Source of the DNA: Candidatus Latescibacterota bacterium
Lineage (GTDB): Bacteria; Latescibacterota; UBA2968; UBA8231
Direction: 5' to 3'
Assembly: GCA_965243025.1 (NCBI GenBank)
Contig: CBDETY010000003.1
Span: 1,856,001-1,920,000 of the forward strand
DNA: 64,000 bases
The notes under the pieces were generated by a model. It searched no databases, was not told the DNA's origin, and worked only from the letters and a program-made list of their open reading frames with translations. This document shows positions 9,490 to 19,253 of the stretch, in pieces. The position numbers and the translations under genes are program-made. Each line of letters starts with the position of its first letter. Within the stretch, counting starts at the first letter, position 1.

Positions 9490-10916
9490 GGCGGCCCCCC
9501 CGTACAGGATTGCTTCGCCAGGAAATCGACGGTCCTCTCAGCCACCTCTCCGATGTCCCCGGCACCGAGAAAGAGAACGAGGTCTCCGGGTGCGCACGCC
9601 GCCGCTACCGCTGCCGGAAGATCGAGCTTGTCGGGAGTGTACTGGACCGGTTCGTACCCACGCTGCTTCATGGCATCACACAGGGTGCCTGCGTTTCCTC
9701 CTGTTGAATCGCTTTCCCGGGCACCGTACACGTCGGTGAGGAAGACGCGGTCAGCCGCCATCAGCGCGGCGGCGAACTGCTGCAGGAACACCCTTGTTCT
9801 CGAAAACAGGTGCGGCTGGAAGGCGGCGGTTACGGGCCGCTCCATCACCCGGGCGGCCTCGATAGCGGCGCCGACCTCTGTCGGGTGGTGGGCGTAGTCT
9901 TCGACGACCAGAATGCCGCCGGCTTCCCCCTTGATTTCGAAACGCCGTTCGACTCCGGTGAAAGCGGAAAGAGCCGACCGGATCGCTTCGGGCCCGACCC
10001 CGAGGGAATCGGCGGCAGCCGCAGCCGCCGTGGCGTTCATCACGTTATGGCGGCCCGGGACCCCGACCGAGATTTCGACGGCGTCCTCTCCGCGGCCGGT
10101 TTTCAGCCTGAAACGGCTTCCGTCCCCGGCGAGTCCGATCTTCTCGGCTCGATACTTGTTGGACGGGTGAATGCCGAAGGTCGCGTCCGGTTCACCCGCA
10201 AGCCTTCCCGAAACCTTCCGGCACCCCGGATCGTCGCCGTTGAGCAGCAGCCTCCCGTCGGCAGGGGTCCCCGAGGCGAACTCTGAAAAGGCGTCGACGA
10301 CCTCCTCTTCGCTGCGATAGGTGTCCACGAGATGCTCGGCTTCGACGTTGGTGATGAGGGCCATCCACGGCTTCAGGTGCAGAAACCCCCGGTCGTATTC
10401 ATCCGCTTCGAGAACGAGAAGCTCCCCGCTTCCAAGCCCGGCGAGGGCACGACCTTCCTTGCGTCCACCGATGAGGCAGGAGGGATTTCGGCCGCTCTCC
10501 TCGAGGATCTCGAACAGCATGCTCGCGGTCGTCGTCTTTCCGTGGGTACCGGCCACCGCAACGGTTCGGAAAGAGTGCGACAGATCGGCTACGAATCTTG
10601 CCCGGGAAACGGTGTCGATCCCGAGGTGCCGCGCCGCGGCCAGCTCCGGGTTGTCCCGCGGCACCGCGGCTGAGTGGATCACCAGGGCGACGCCGTCGCC
10701 GACGGCATCTGCACAGTGCCCGGCCATTACCGCGACCCCGTCCGCTTCGAGATTGTCCAGTGCTTGCGAAGGCTCCCTGTCCGATCCGCTGACCCGGCAG
10801 CCGAGATGCATCAGCAGCCGCGCCAGACCTTCCATGCCCACACCGCCGACACCGACCAGATGGACATGGGCTCTTGAGCCTGCCAGGGCCCGCAAGCGTT
10901 GATCGCTCAGTCTCAT
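9486..10916 (-). CDS. murC: UDP-N-acetylmuramate--L-alanine ligase
   Basis: GVGGVGM, AGTHGKTTT, EADEYD, DYAHHPTE, FQPH; alternative start at 10946. Confidence 0.96.
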   Translation of the reverse strand: MRLSDQRLRALAGSRAHVHLVGVGGVGMEGLARLLMHLGCRVSGSDREPSQALDNLEADGVAVMAGHCADAVGDGVALVIHSAAVPRDNPELAAARHLGIDTVSRARFVADLSHSFRTVAVAGTHGKTTTASMLFEILEESGRNPSCLIGGRKEGRALAGLGSGELLVLEADEYDRGFLHLKPWMALITNVEAEHLVDTYRSEEEVVDAFSEFASGTPADGRLLLNGDDPGCRKVSGRLAGEPDATFGIHPSNKYRAEKIGLAGDGSRFRLKTGRGEDAVEISVGVPGRHNVMNATAAAAAADSLGVGPEAIRSALSAFTGVERRFEIKGEAGGILVVEDYAHHPTEVGAAIEAARVMERPVTAAFQPHLFSRTRVFLQQFAAALMAADRVFLTDVYGARESDSTGGNAGTLCDAMKQRGYEPVQYTPDKLDLPAAVAAACAPGDLVLFLGAGDIGEVAERTVDFLAKQSCTGGPP

Positions 10917-10923
10917 GGCAGCG

Positions 10924-12147
10924 CTACCGGCCGGCATTTGCAACAACCGGCATTCCCGGAGGGGGCTGCGCGGTTCTCAACGGCCGCAGCCTTCGCAGCA
11001 TCCCCCCGAACCATGGTTGGCTTTTTGCCGGGGCAAGGGATGGAGGTGACTGACCGGTCTCCCGGGAGACGGCAGCGAGAATTCCTATACCGCTGAGATT
11101 CCACAGCAGCGAGGAACCGCCGTAACTGACCAGCGGCAAGGGCAGTCCCGTGGTCGGCAGAATGCCGGTTACCACGCCGACGTTGGTCACGGCATACACG
11201 GAAATCATTACCGTGATCCCGGCGGCAACCAGGAATCCGTGATAGGTCCGGGCGTCGCTGGCGATGCGGTACCCGTGAATGGCGATGGCGACAAAGAGGG
11301 CGATCACGCTGAGGGAGCCCGCCAGCCCCAGTTCTTCGCCGATGAAGGCGAAAACGAAGTCGGTGTGCGGCTCCGGCAGGAAGTACTTCTGGACGCTGTC
11401 GCCCAGACCCACCCCCAGGAACCCGCCGCTTCCAAGCGCGAGGAGCGACTGGGAGACTTGAAAACCGGCGCCGCGGGGGTCGGCACCGTGAAGAAAACTG
11501 GTCAGCCGCTGCATCTGGTAGGGAGAACTGATCAGGGACCAGGCGACAAATGGAACGACCGCTCCGGCGGCGGCTGCGAGGTGCCAGGCCCCGGCCCCTC
11601 CGAGCCAGAGCATGATTATCGAGATGAGTCCGATGGCGATGGCGGTTCCCAGGTCCGGCTGCAGGACGATGAGGACCTGAACCGCCCCCAGAACCAGCAA
11701 ACGGGGCAGCAGACCTGTGCGCCAGTCTCCCATGCGTTGCTGGTGGCGCACCATGACATCCGCGAGGTAGAGAACAAGGGCGAGCTTTACGAATTCCGAG
11801 GGCTGGAAGGACAGGCTCATCCTGTCGAGGGGAAGGGGGAAAGGCAGCCATCGCGAAGCTCCCTTTCCCTGTCCGAAGATCAGAACCAGAACGAGCAGGG
11901 CCAGCCCGGTGAGGATCATGGGGCGGGCGGCCCGCTGCCAGATCCTCAGGGGCAGACGGGACAGGATGAACATGATACCGAGACCGATAGCCGCCCTGAT
12001 CACCTGTCTGACAAGAAAGAAACTGCTGTCGGCGTAGCGGGTGCCGGCCAGAACGGAGCTGGAGCTGTAGACCATCACCACTCCGAGACCGACAAGAATC
12101 ACTGCGATCAGAAGGATCTGGTTGCTTGCGCGCTGTGCCGCATTCAC
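10924..12147 (-). CDS. ftsW: SEDS peptidoglycan polymerase FtsW
   Basis: FQPSEFVK, LQPDLGT, LPEPHTDF, PLVSYGGSS. Confidence 0.96.
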   Translation of the reverse strand: MNAAQRASNQILLIAVILVGLGVVMVYSSSSVLAGTRYADSSFFLVRQVIRAAIGLGIMFILSRLPLRIWQRAARPMILTGLALLVLVLIFGQGKGASRWLPFPLPLDRMSLSFQPSEFVKLALVLYLADVMVRHQQRMGDWRTGLLPRLLVLGAVQVLIVLQPDLGTAIAIGLISIIMLWLGGAGAWHLAAAAGAVVPFVAWSLISSPYQMQRLTSFLHGADPRGAGFQVSQSLLALGSGGFLGVGLGDSVQKYFLPEPHTDFVFAFIGEELGLAGSLSVIALFVAIAIHGYRIASDARTYHGFLVAAGITVMISVYAVTNVGVVTGILPTTGLPLPLVSYGGSSLLWNLSGIGILAAVSRETGQSPPSLAPAKSQPWFGGMLRRLRPLRTAQPPPGMPVVANAGR

Positions 12148-12443
12148 GGTCTTGCCGATTCCGTTTGATCCGCGGGACGGCGGCCTCGGGCCGCGTGGAA
12201 CCCGGGTTCACAATTGGCCGCAGACCCGCAAGGGACCTGCGGTCGGAACAAGGGGGGGGTAGCCGCGCCCTGCGACGTCGCCGCCGGACTGAGCGGCAGT
12301 ACATCCGGGGCAGGGCGCTGAGTATCACTGCGTGGGGTGCCGAACACCGGGTGAGGAAACCCGGAGGGGCAGTGAAGCGGGGACTTCACTTGCCCCAACT
12401 CGCCCTGAGCGAATAGGCCGTGTGAGAGGCTTGTATCTGAAAT

Positions 12444-13844
12444 TTACAAAGAGCCTGCCTGAAGCGAAACAAGTAATCGCTCGACAATCTCTTCGAAGGC
12501 CGCGCCGCGTGATGCTTTTACAAGGACAACGTCCCCCGGCCGAACCTCTGCGCAAAGCTGCACAGCCAGTTCGGCCTTGTTTTCCATGTGGCGCGAGTTT
12601 TCAAGGCCGGCTTCAACAGCACCAAGGTGAGTGGAGCGGCTCAGCGGTCCGCAGGTCAGCAGCAGTTCGACACCGGCGCTCCGAGCCTGCCTGCCGAGTT
12701 CGGCGTGAAGTTCCGGTGCCGACTCCCCGAGCTCGAGCATGTCACCGAGGGCGGCAATGCGCCTTCCGCCGTTGGCCAACTGCATTTCGCCCAGCAGATC
12801 GAGGGCGGCTTTCGCAGATCCGGGGTTGGAGTTGTAGCAATCCTTGATCAGGCATGCGTCGTTTTTCCACACGACCTCCGAGCGCATCGAGGCAGGCTCG
12901 AATTCGGCAAGGGCGCGTCCGATTTCGGGCGCGGGAACGGCGCAGAGATCCCCTACCGCAGCTGCGGCCAGGGCGTTGTACACATTGTGCTTTCCGGGAA
13001 TCCGGAGATCGATAGGAATATTCTGTAGAGAGAGGTGGCCGCGGCCCTCCTGGTCGAGAACAAGTCCCTCCCCACAAAAATGGCTCTCACTATCGAGACT
13101 GAAGCCGAGGAGTCTCCCCTTTTTCCTCATGACCTCCCTGGCTACGACACAGTCATCGACGTTTACGAGAGCCAATGAAGACTTGTCCCCGATATAATCC
13201 AGGAGTTCCCCTTTGGCTTTGGCCACCCCCTCTACAGTTTCAAAAAACTCGAGATGCGCGGTCCCGATGTTGAGCAGGACCCCGATGGTCGGCTGAGCGA
13301 TCTCGCAGAGATAACGAATATCCCCCGCCTTGCGCGCCGCCAATTCAACTACGACCGCTTCAACTTCGCTCGTCAAGCGCAGAAGCGTCAACGGCACTCC
13401 TACCTCGTTGTTTTCGCTTTCCGGCGTCTTGAGGACGCGCATGGTGCGTCCCAGGACCGCAGCGGTCATCTCCTTGGTCGTCGTCTTTCCCGCGCTTCCC
13501 GTGATCGCTACGACGGGAAGGTCAAACCGCTTTCGATACTGTTTGGCGATCTCTCCCAGGGCCTTCTGAGCGTCGGCCACTCGCAGCACCGGCCGCAGGC
13601 GGCTACCCTCCCAGGAGTCGGCAATCGCAGCGCATGCTCCCCGATCGAAAGCCTCTTCGACGAACCGGTTGCCGTCGAAGTTCGGGCCTCGCAGGGCAAG
13701 GAACGCCTCCCCTTCCTTCAGGCTCCGGGTATCGGTACTGATCCCCCTCGGAGCGACACCGTCGGCCTCCTCCCCGGTCCATTGCCCGTCCAGCCATTGG
13801 CGTATCTCGCCGGCAGTGACCCCTTCCAATTCAACCCTCCCCAA
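12444..13844 (-). CDS. murF: UDP-MurNAc-tripeptide--D-Ala-D-Ala ligase
   Basis: ITGSAGKTTTKE, NNEVGVPLTL, DCYNSNP, LGDMLELG, VKASRG. Confidence 0.96.
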   Translation of the reverse strand: MGRVELEGVTAGEIRQWLDGQWTGEEADGVAPRGISTDTRSLKEGEAFLALRGPNFDGNRFVEEAFDRGACAAIADSWEGSRLRPVLRVADAQKALGEIAKQYRKRFDLPVVAITGSAGKTTTKEMTAAVLGRTMRVLKTPESENNEVGVPLTLLRLTSEVEAVVVELAARKAGDIRYLCEIAQPTIGVLLNIGTAHLEFFETVEGVAKAKGELLDYIGDKSSLALVNVDDCVVAREVMRKKGRLLGFSLDSESHFCGEGLVLDQEGRGHLSLQNIPIDLRIPGKHNVYNALAAAAVGDLCAVPAPEIGRALAEFEPASMRSEVVWKNDACLIKDCYNSNPGSAKAALDLLGEMQLANGGRRIAALGDMLELGESAPELHAELGRQARSAGVELLLTCGPLSRSTHLGAVEAGLENSRHMENKAELAVQLCAEVRPGDVVLVKASRGAAFEEIVERLLVSLQAGSL

Positions 13845-15330
13845 TCTCCGACGCGCCTGACCCCCTGAGCCACTCCCGGGCTACGTGGCGATCGTCGAAG
13901 TCGATGGCATGGTCGGCAAATACCTGGCGGGTTTCGCTGCCCTTTCCAGCCAGCACCACGACGTCCCCGCCTCCGGCCGCCCGCAGCGCCAGCCCGATCG
14001 CTTCCTTCCGGTCGGGAAGCAGGTGCGCCTTTTCCGGGGAGCTCATCCCTGCCGCTATGTCGCCGATAATCCGTCCGGGAGGCTCGCTGCGGGGATTGTC
14101 AGAAGTAAGGAAGACTTCGTCGGCCAGCTCCCCCGCGATTTTCCCCATTTGCGGGCGCTTCCCCTGATCGCGGTCTCCGCCGCACCCGAAGAGGCAGATC
14201 AGCCTCCCGGTTGCCAGTTCCCGCGCGGTGTTCAGGACCGTTTCGAGCCCCGCGGGAGTGTGGGCGAAATCGACTATGACCTCGAACGGCTGTCCTTCGT
14301 CGATGCGTTCGAAGCGGCCCGGAACGCCTTCGAAGCCGGCGAGGGCCGCGGCAATCGTATCTGCATCCACGCCGAGGGCGAGGGCGCAGGCGACGGCCGC
14401 CATGGCGTTGGAGCAGTTGAAGCTCCCGGTCAACCGCGTATCGAGTTCGATTTTGCCGTGAGGAGTGAGCAGCGACAGGGATGTCCTGCCTCGCCTCCCG
14501 GCAGCTGACATCAACCTGACATCGGCATCTTTTCCACTTCCGAACGTCAACGCGGATCCATTGAGGCATCGACTCAAACGCTGTCCCCAAGGGTCGTCGA
14601 GATTGACCGCCGCACGCGGCGGGGGGTACGGCTCGAGGAGGTCGAACAGCTTTTTCTTGGCCTCGAAATAAGCTTCTTCGGAACCGTGGAAATCCAGGTG
14701 GTCGCGGGTGAGGTTGGTGAACACCGCAGCATCGAACCGGATGCCGTCGACACGACCGAGGGCAAGGGCATGGGAAGAAACTTCGAGCGCCGCCGCAGCG
14801 CGTCCGGCGTCGACCATGGCGCGCAGTTCGCGGTGCAGTTCGGAAGCTTCCGGAGTGGTGTTCGCCAGCGGTTTCATGGTATCCGAGGTGAGGCTGCCCA
14901 AAGTCCCAAGGTAGCCGCACGAACGCCCGGAGCGGTCGAGGATGGCCCGGATCAGCATCGCCGTCGTGGTTTTTCCGTTGGTTCCGGTGACCCCGACGGT
15001 GCACAACTGGCGCGACGGTTCTCCGTAGAACCGGGCCGCGATTCTCGCCAGGGCCTGGCGGGAATCGCCGACTTCGACCACGGTAGCGGATCCGGAACGA
15101 ACGGCTGGTTTCTCCACTATCACCGCAGCGGCTCCGCGCGCTACGGCGTCTTCGACGAATTCGTGCCGGTCCCTTTCCTCGCCCCCTCTGATCGCCACGA
15201 ACAGACTTCCGGGGCCAACGGAACGGGAGTCGCAGGCGATGTTCCCGATTTCGATACCCACCTCACCGCTTATGCGGGCATCTGGCAGGACTTCCAGCAA
15301 GCGGCCAAGAGTGTTCGCGGAGGCCTTCAT
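13831..15330 (-). CDS. murE: UDP-MurNAc-dipeptide--meso-DAP ligase
   Basis: VTGTNGKTT, TTPEA, EVSSH, NLTRDHLDFH, DNPR motif (meso-DAP type); ATG overlaps ftsI stop. Confidence 0.96.
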   Translation of the reverse strand: MKASANTLGRLLEVLPDARISGEVGIEIGNIACDSRSVGPGSLFVAIRGGEERDRHEFVEDAVARGAAAVIVEKPAVRSGSATVVEVGDSRQALARIAARFYGEPSRQLCTVGVTGTNGKTTTAMLIRAILDRSGRSCGYLGTLGSLTSDTMKPLANTTPEASELHRELRAMVDAGRAAAALEVSSHALALGRVDGIRFDAAVFTNLTRDHLDFHGSEEAYFEAKKKLFDLLEPYPPPRAAVNLDDPWGQRLSRCLNGSALTFGSGKDADVRLMSAAGRRGRTSLSLLTPHGKIELDTRLTGSFNCSNAMAAVACALALGVDADTIAAALAGFEGVPGRFERIDEGQPFEVIVDFAHTPAGLETVLNTARELATGRLICLFGCGGDRDQGKRPQMGKIAGELADEVFLTSDNPRSEPPGRIIGDIAAGMSSPEKAHLLPDRKEAIGLALRAAGGGDVVVLAGKGSETRQVFADHAIDFDDRHVAREWLRGSGASEIGEG

Positions 15331-17345
15331 CGCGAATACGCCAGGGGGCGCCGGGCAAACTTGGCCAGCACTACCGACTGCCGGACTGGCATTCCGACCG
15401 GGGGAAAGAGGGCTTCCCGGGGGTGACCGAGCCTGCATGCAACCAGGTTCGAAAACCCGGACCCAGGGGGGGGATCCTGGGAAATGACGGTACTGCCCTC
15501 CCCCTCGAATCTGACGGCAAGCCCCCTTATGCGACCCTGGTAGCGGGCGGTTTCCCGGCTCAATCCCCGGAAGTCCGGCAGCACCGGGACGCTGGCAACA
15601 GCGGGAAGCGGCTTACTCTCCGGCGTCCCCGGGCTCCTGATCCTTCCCCGATAGTAGACGCGCTCCATGACGCGGCGAAAGACCGGGGCTGCAACCCGTC
15701 CGCCCCACTTCTCGGTGCGCGGATTCAACATTACGATCAGACAGAGAAACTCAGGCTGACGGGCCGGCAGGAATCCGACGAAGGAAACGATGTACTCGTC
15801 CTTTGCGTACCCTCCCCCGTGCTTTGCCGCCCGCTGCGCCGTTCCCGTCTTTCCCGCCACGTCGACTCCGGTAATCTTCGCCATCTGGCCGGTGCCGTCC
15901 CGCACGACCGAGGCGAGGATCTCCCTCATGGTCGACGACGTCTTTTCCGAGATTACCCGGCGAATCACTTTCGGTTCCACTACGGACCTTTCGCCGGCTC
16001 CATCATCCATCACCCGCAGGATCTGCGGAGCCATCAGCTGACCGCCGTTGGCAATAGCTCCGAAGGCCTGCACAAGTTGCAGGGCAGTTACCGAGACCTC
16101 CTGCCCGATGGCGATCGTCTCCAGGGAGCGGTCGGACCACTTGCGGGCATGTCTGAGCAGACCGGCGCTCTCGGCGGGCAGACCGACACCGGTACGGGTT
16201 CCGAACCCGAAGTTGCGAAGGTATTCGTAGAACCTGGGGCGCTGCTGTCGGCGGGCGATCTTCATCATCCCGATGTTGCTGGATTTCACCAGGACTTCAC
16301 TGGCGGTGAGCCGGCCGTATTTCCCGACATCCCGGACAACATCGCCGTTGTTGAGCCTGAAGGATCCGTTCTCGCAGTAGACGATCGTGCCCGGAGTCGC
16401 CAGCTCCTCCTCGAAAACCGACGCCGCGGTAATCGCCTTGAAGGTCGATCCGGGCTCGAAGGAATCGGTTATCGCCCGGTTGCGACGGACTTCGGCCGGA
16501 AACTTTCCCGGTTCGTTGGGATCGAACCGGGGAACGCTGGCCATCGCCAGGATTTCCCCGGTTTGAGGTTGCGAGATGATGGCGTAGGCCCCTTCGGAAC
16601 GGGTGGAATCGACGGCGAGCGCCAGCTCCTCCTCGAGGATATCCTGGTATACGGCATCGATCGTGAGAGTAAGGCTCGACCCGTCCTGCGGTGCCTGGTG
16701 TTCCCGATTGTGCACCGAAAGCTGCCGGCCGCGCGAGTCCACCTTGGTCAATCTCCTCCCGGTGGTCTCGCGAAGGGCGGAGTCGTAGGATATCTCCACC
16801 CCCTCACGGCCCTTTTTGTCGATATCGGCGAACCCCAGCAACTGGCCGGCAACCGGCCCGAAGGGGTAATAGCGACGTGTCCCCTTCTGCTCGCGGACAC
16901 CTTCGATTTCGGAGGAACGGTAGGAGGCTGCCTCCGTGTCCGGCACCTGTCTGGCGAGGTAAACGAACGGCCGGTCACCGTTCAATGTCTCGAGGATCGC
17001 CCGGGGTGTGCGGCCTGTCTTCTCCGCGAAATGCCGGGCAAGGTCCTGCGGTTGCCGGACCTCCGAAGGATGACAGTAGAAGGATGTCGCCGGGATATCC
17101 TGGGCGAGCACCCTCCCTTCACGGTCGAAAATGCGGCCTCTGCGCGCGGCGATTTCCACCCAGCGTTCATGCTGCTGCATGGCCTGCTCGGCAAAACTGT
17201 GGTGCTGAACCGCTTGCACCTGTACAAGCCGGCCGACCAGAAGGGCCCAGAACGCGGCGCCGGCGAGAAAAACCAGGCGCAGCCGGGAAAGACCCTGGAG
17301 TTTGCCCGATTCCGGTCTCTGGTGCTCGCTTTGCCGGTCGCTCAT
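15327..17345 (-). CDS. ftsI: Class B penicillin-binding protein FtsI with C-terminal PASTA domain
   Basis: RGRIFDR, PGSTFK (SxxK), SSN, KTGTAQ, LPDFRG...VISQDPPPG. Confidence 0.95.
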   Translation of the reverse strand: MSDRQSEHQRPESGKLQGLSRLRLVFLAGAAFWALLVGRLVQVQAVQHHSFAEQAMQQHERWVEIAARRGRIFDREGRVLAQDIPATSFYCHPSEVRQPQDLARHFAEKTGRTPRAILETLNGDRPFVYLARQVPDTEAASYRSSEIEGVREQKGTRRYYPFGPVAGQLLGFADIDKKGREGVEISYDSALRETTGRRLTKVDSRGRQLSVHNREHQAPQDGSSLTLTIDAVYQDILEEELALAVDSTRSEGAYAIISQPQTGEILAMASVPRFDPNEPGKFPAEVRRNRAITDSFEPGSTFKAITAASVFEEELATPGTIVYCENGSFRLNNGDVVRDVGKYGRLTASEVLVKSSNIGMMKIARRQQRPRFYEYLRNFGFGTRTGVGLPAESAGLLRHARKWSDRSLETIAIGQEVSVTALQLVQAFGAIANGGQLMAPQILRVMDDGAGERSVVEPKVIRRVISEKTSSTMREILASVVRDGTGQMAKITGVDVAGKTGTAQRAAKHGGGYAKDEYIVSFVGFLPARQPEFLCLIVMLNPRTEKWGGRVAAPVFRRVMERVYYRGRIRSPGTPESKPLPAVASVPVLPDFRGLSRETARYQGRIRGLAVRFEGEGSTVISQDPPPGSGFSNLVACRLGHPREALFPPVGMPVRQSVVLAKFARRPLAYSR

Positions 17346-17614
17346 CGCCTCCCTCCGCGGTCGAGCCGGTGCGCCGGTATCATCTTCAACTCCGACTCGG
17401 CGCGACGAACGATGACACCCGGTTTTTTGGCCCTGACTACCTCCGCCATCAGCCGGGTGCGCTCATCGTTCAGGGATGCGATTTCCGCTTCTGCAGCGGC
17501 GATGTCCTCCATCAATTCGGCGACTTCAATCTTGCCCCAGACGTACAGAATCGTGAGCGCCACGCCGGCGGCGACTGTGGCTACATAGGCTCTCAGCGTC
17601 TGAAACGAATGCAT
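17342..17614 (-). CDS. ftsL: Cell division protein FtsL
   Basis: Small TM plus coiled-coil protein between rsmH and ftsI. Confidence 0.75.
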   Translation of the reverse strand: MHSFQTLRAYVATVAAGVALTILYVWGKIEVAELMEDIAAAEAEIASLNDERTRLMAEVVRAKKPGVIVRRAESELKMIPAHRLDRGGRR

Positions 17615-17642
17615 GGCTCCGTTCCGGCTTCCGGTGTCCGGC

Positions 17643-18578
17643 CTACACTGGCAACTTTTCGAATATACGAAGACCAGCGCTGCGGGCGCGGGGATTGACG
17701 GCTGTTTCGGCGGGCGCCGCCGTTCGTCTCCGGTGCACGGTGCGGAACGACCGCCTGCCCCCGCACCTGCATACCGGTATCCGCGGGGGACAGGTGCAAC
17801 CCTTCAGCCCCGGCGCCAGGGCCGACTTCACGAGTCTGTCCTCCAGGGAATGGTAGGAGATTACCGCGAGTCTGCCTGTGCCTGTCAGCATTTCCATGGC
17901 CGAACCGAGTGCGGATTCCAGCGCTTTCAATTCGTCGTTGACGGCGATGCGCAAGGCCTGAAAAACCCGGGCAAGGGTCTTGTTCGGCATCCGGGGATGC
18001 GTGGATTCGACCGCAGCCCGCAAGTCCCCCGTAGACCTCAGCGCCCCGCAGTTTCTTCGTCTGCAGATTGCCCGGGAGATCCGGCGGGCCGCCCGCTCTT
18101 CGCCGTAGCGCCTGATCATGCCGCACAAGTCCTCCTCCGAGACCCGCGCCAGCAGATCGGCGGCCGGAGTCCCGGCGCCGGGGTCCATGCGCATGTCCAG
18201 AGGGCCGTTCGACCGGTAGCTGAATCCGCGGCCCGGTTCGTCTATCTGATGCGAGGAAACCCCCAGATCGAACAGGATGCCGGAGAGGGCTGTCGCCTCT
18301 GCAGCCCCCTCCAGAAGAACCGGAAGGTCGCGGAAATTGCCGTGACGGATTGTCATCCGGCCGCTGAACTCCCCCGCGATCCGGCGTAACCGCGCTATCG
18401 CCTCGGGGTCGCGGTCTATGGCGATGAGCCGGCCAGCCGGGGAGAGTCGCTTCATGATCGCCCGGCTGTGCCCCCCACCCCCGGCAGTGGCGTCGACATA
18501 CACGCCGGAGGGGTGGTTGACGAGGCCGGTCACGACCTCCGACACCATGACTGGCCGGTGATATTCCTTCTCTTCCAT
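17643..18578 (-). CDS. rsmH: 16S rRNA C1402 N4-methyltransferase
   Basis: HRPVM, DATAGGGGHS, DLGVSSHQID, FQALRIAVN, ISYHSLEDR, NPRARSA. Confidence 0.97.
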   Translation of the reverse strand: MEEKEYHRPVMVSEVVTGLVNHPSGVYVDATAGGGGHSRAIMKRLSPAGRLIAIDRDPEAIARLRRIAGEFSGRMTIRHGNFRDLPVLLEGAAEATALSGILFDLGVSSHQIDEPGRGFSYRSNGPLDMRMDPGAGTPAADLLARVSEEDLCGMIRRYGEERAARRISRAICRRRNCGALRSTGDLRAAVESTHPRMPNKTLARVFQALRIAVNDELKALESALGSAMEMLTGTGRLAVISYHSLEDRLVKSALAPGLKGCTCPPRIPVCRCGGRRSFRTVHRRRTAAPAETAVNPRARSAGLRIFEKLPV

Positions 18579-18602
18579 CCGGTTGTTTCAGGGTGCGGGA
18601 CC

Positions 18603-19046
18603 TCAAAGCGGCAAGCCCTCCGCGGAATGGGTCAGCTCTGCCTGGGCGGGCGTCAGATAGGAATTCCAGGAACCGGGCTCCCAGAATTCGAGCTTCCTTC
18701 CCGCTCCCGCGATAACCATCCGGTCGGAGATACCTGCCCGATCGAGCAGCTTTTTGGGAAGGGTTGCTCTCCCCTGCCTGTCGAGCCTGACCTCCGCCGC
18801 CTGCGAGAAAACCACGCGGTAGTACTGACGGGCATTCTGATCGGTCTGCGGCAGATCTGCAATTCTCGTGGCGATCTCGCTCCAGGCCTGATGGGGATGA
18901 GCGTTGAGACAGCCATCCAGCCCCCGGGTCACGACCAGGGTGTCCCCATCTTCCGGAAGCAGCTTGCGTCGCAGGTCCGCCGGCAGGAAGACGCGGCCTT
19001 TTTCGTCGACCGGCACGTCGTATTCCCCGAGAAAAAACTGAGCCAT
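18603..19046 (-). CDS. mraZ: Division/cell wall cluster transcriptional regulator MraZ
   Basis: FLGEY, two DxxGR motifs (DEKGR, DRQGR); heads the dcw cluster. Confidence 0.95.
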   Translation of the reverse strand: MAQFFLGEYDVPVDEKGRVFLPADLRRKLLPEDGDTLVVTRGLDGCLNAHPHQAWSEIATRIADLPQTDQNARQYYRVVFSQAAEVRLDRQGRATLPKKLLDRAGISDRMVIAGAGRKLEFWEPGSWNSYLTPAQAELTHSAEGLPL

Positions 19047-19074
19047 CGGCCCTTCCTTCCGCACCCGCCATCTC

Positions 19075-19114
19075 AATTCCCACTACACACCCTTTCACAC
19101 CACTTTACACCCTT
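19075..19114 (-). promoter_or_regulatory. Putative MraZ operator (four 10-bp-phased direct repeats)
   Basis: Minus strand AAGGGTGTAA AGTGGTGTGA AAGGGTGTGT AGTGGGAATT, between the promoter and mraZ. Confidence 0.75.
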
Positions 19115-19120
19115 AAGCTT

Positions 19121-19150
19121 AGTATACGGTTCCCCGGGAAGGGATGTCAA
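19121..19150 (-). promoter_or_regulatory. Sigma70 promoter of the dcw cluster
   Basis: TTGACA-N18-TATACT on the minus strand. Confidence 0.75.
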
Positions 19151-19253
19151 GGCAATTATCCGGTCTTTCCCCTGACGACGGAGACGGCTTCTGCCCGACC
19201 CTTACGTATGGGTGGTCACTCCGGGATGAGGAGATTGTGGGTCGGTTGCCCGT

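Noticed and set aside
15423-17588. 721-aa plus-strand ORF
   Set aside because: Antisense shadow of ftsI in high-GC DNA.
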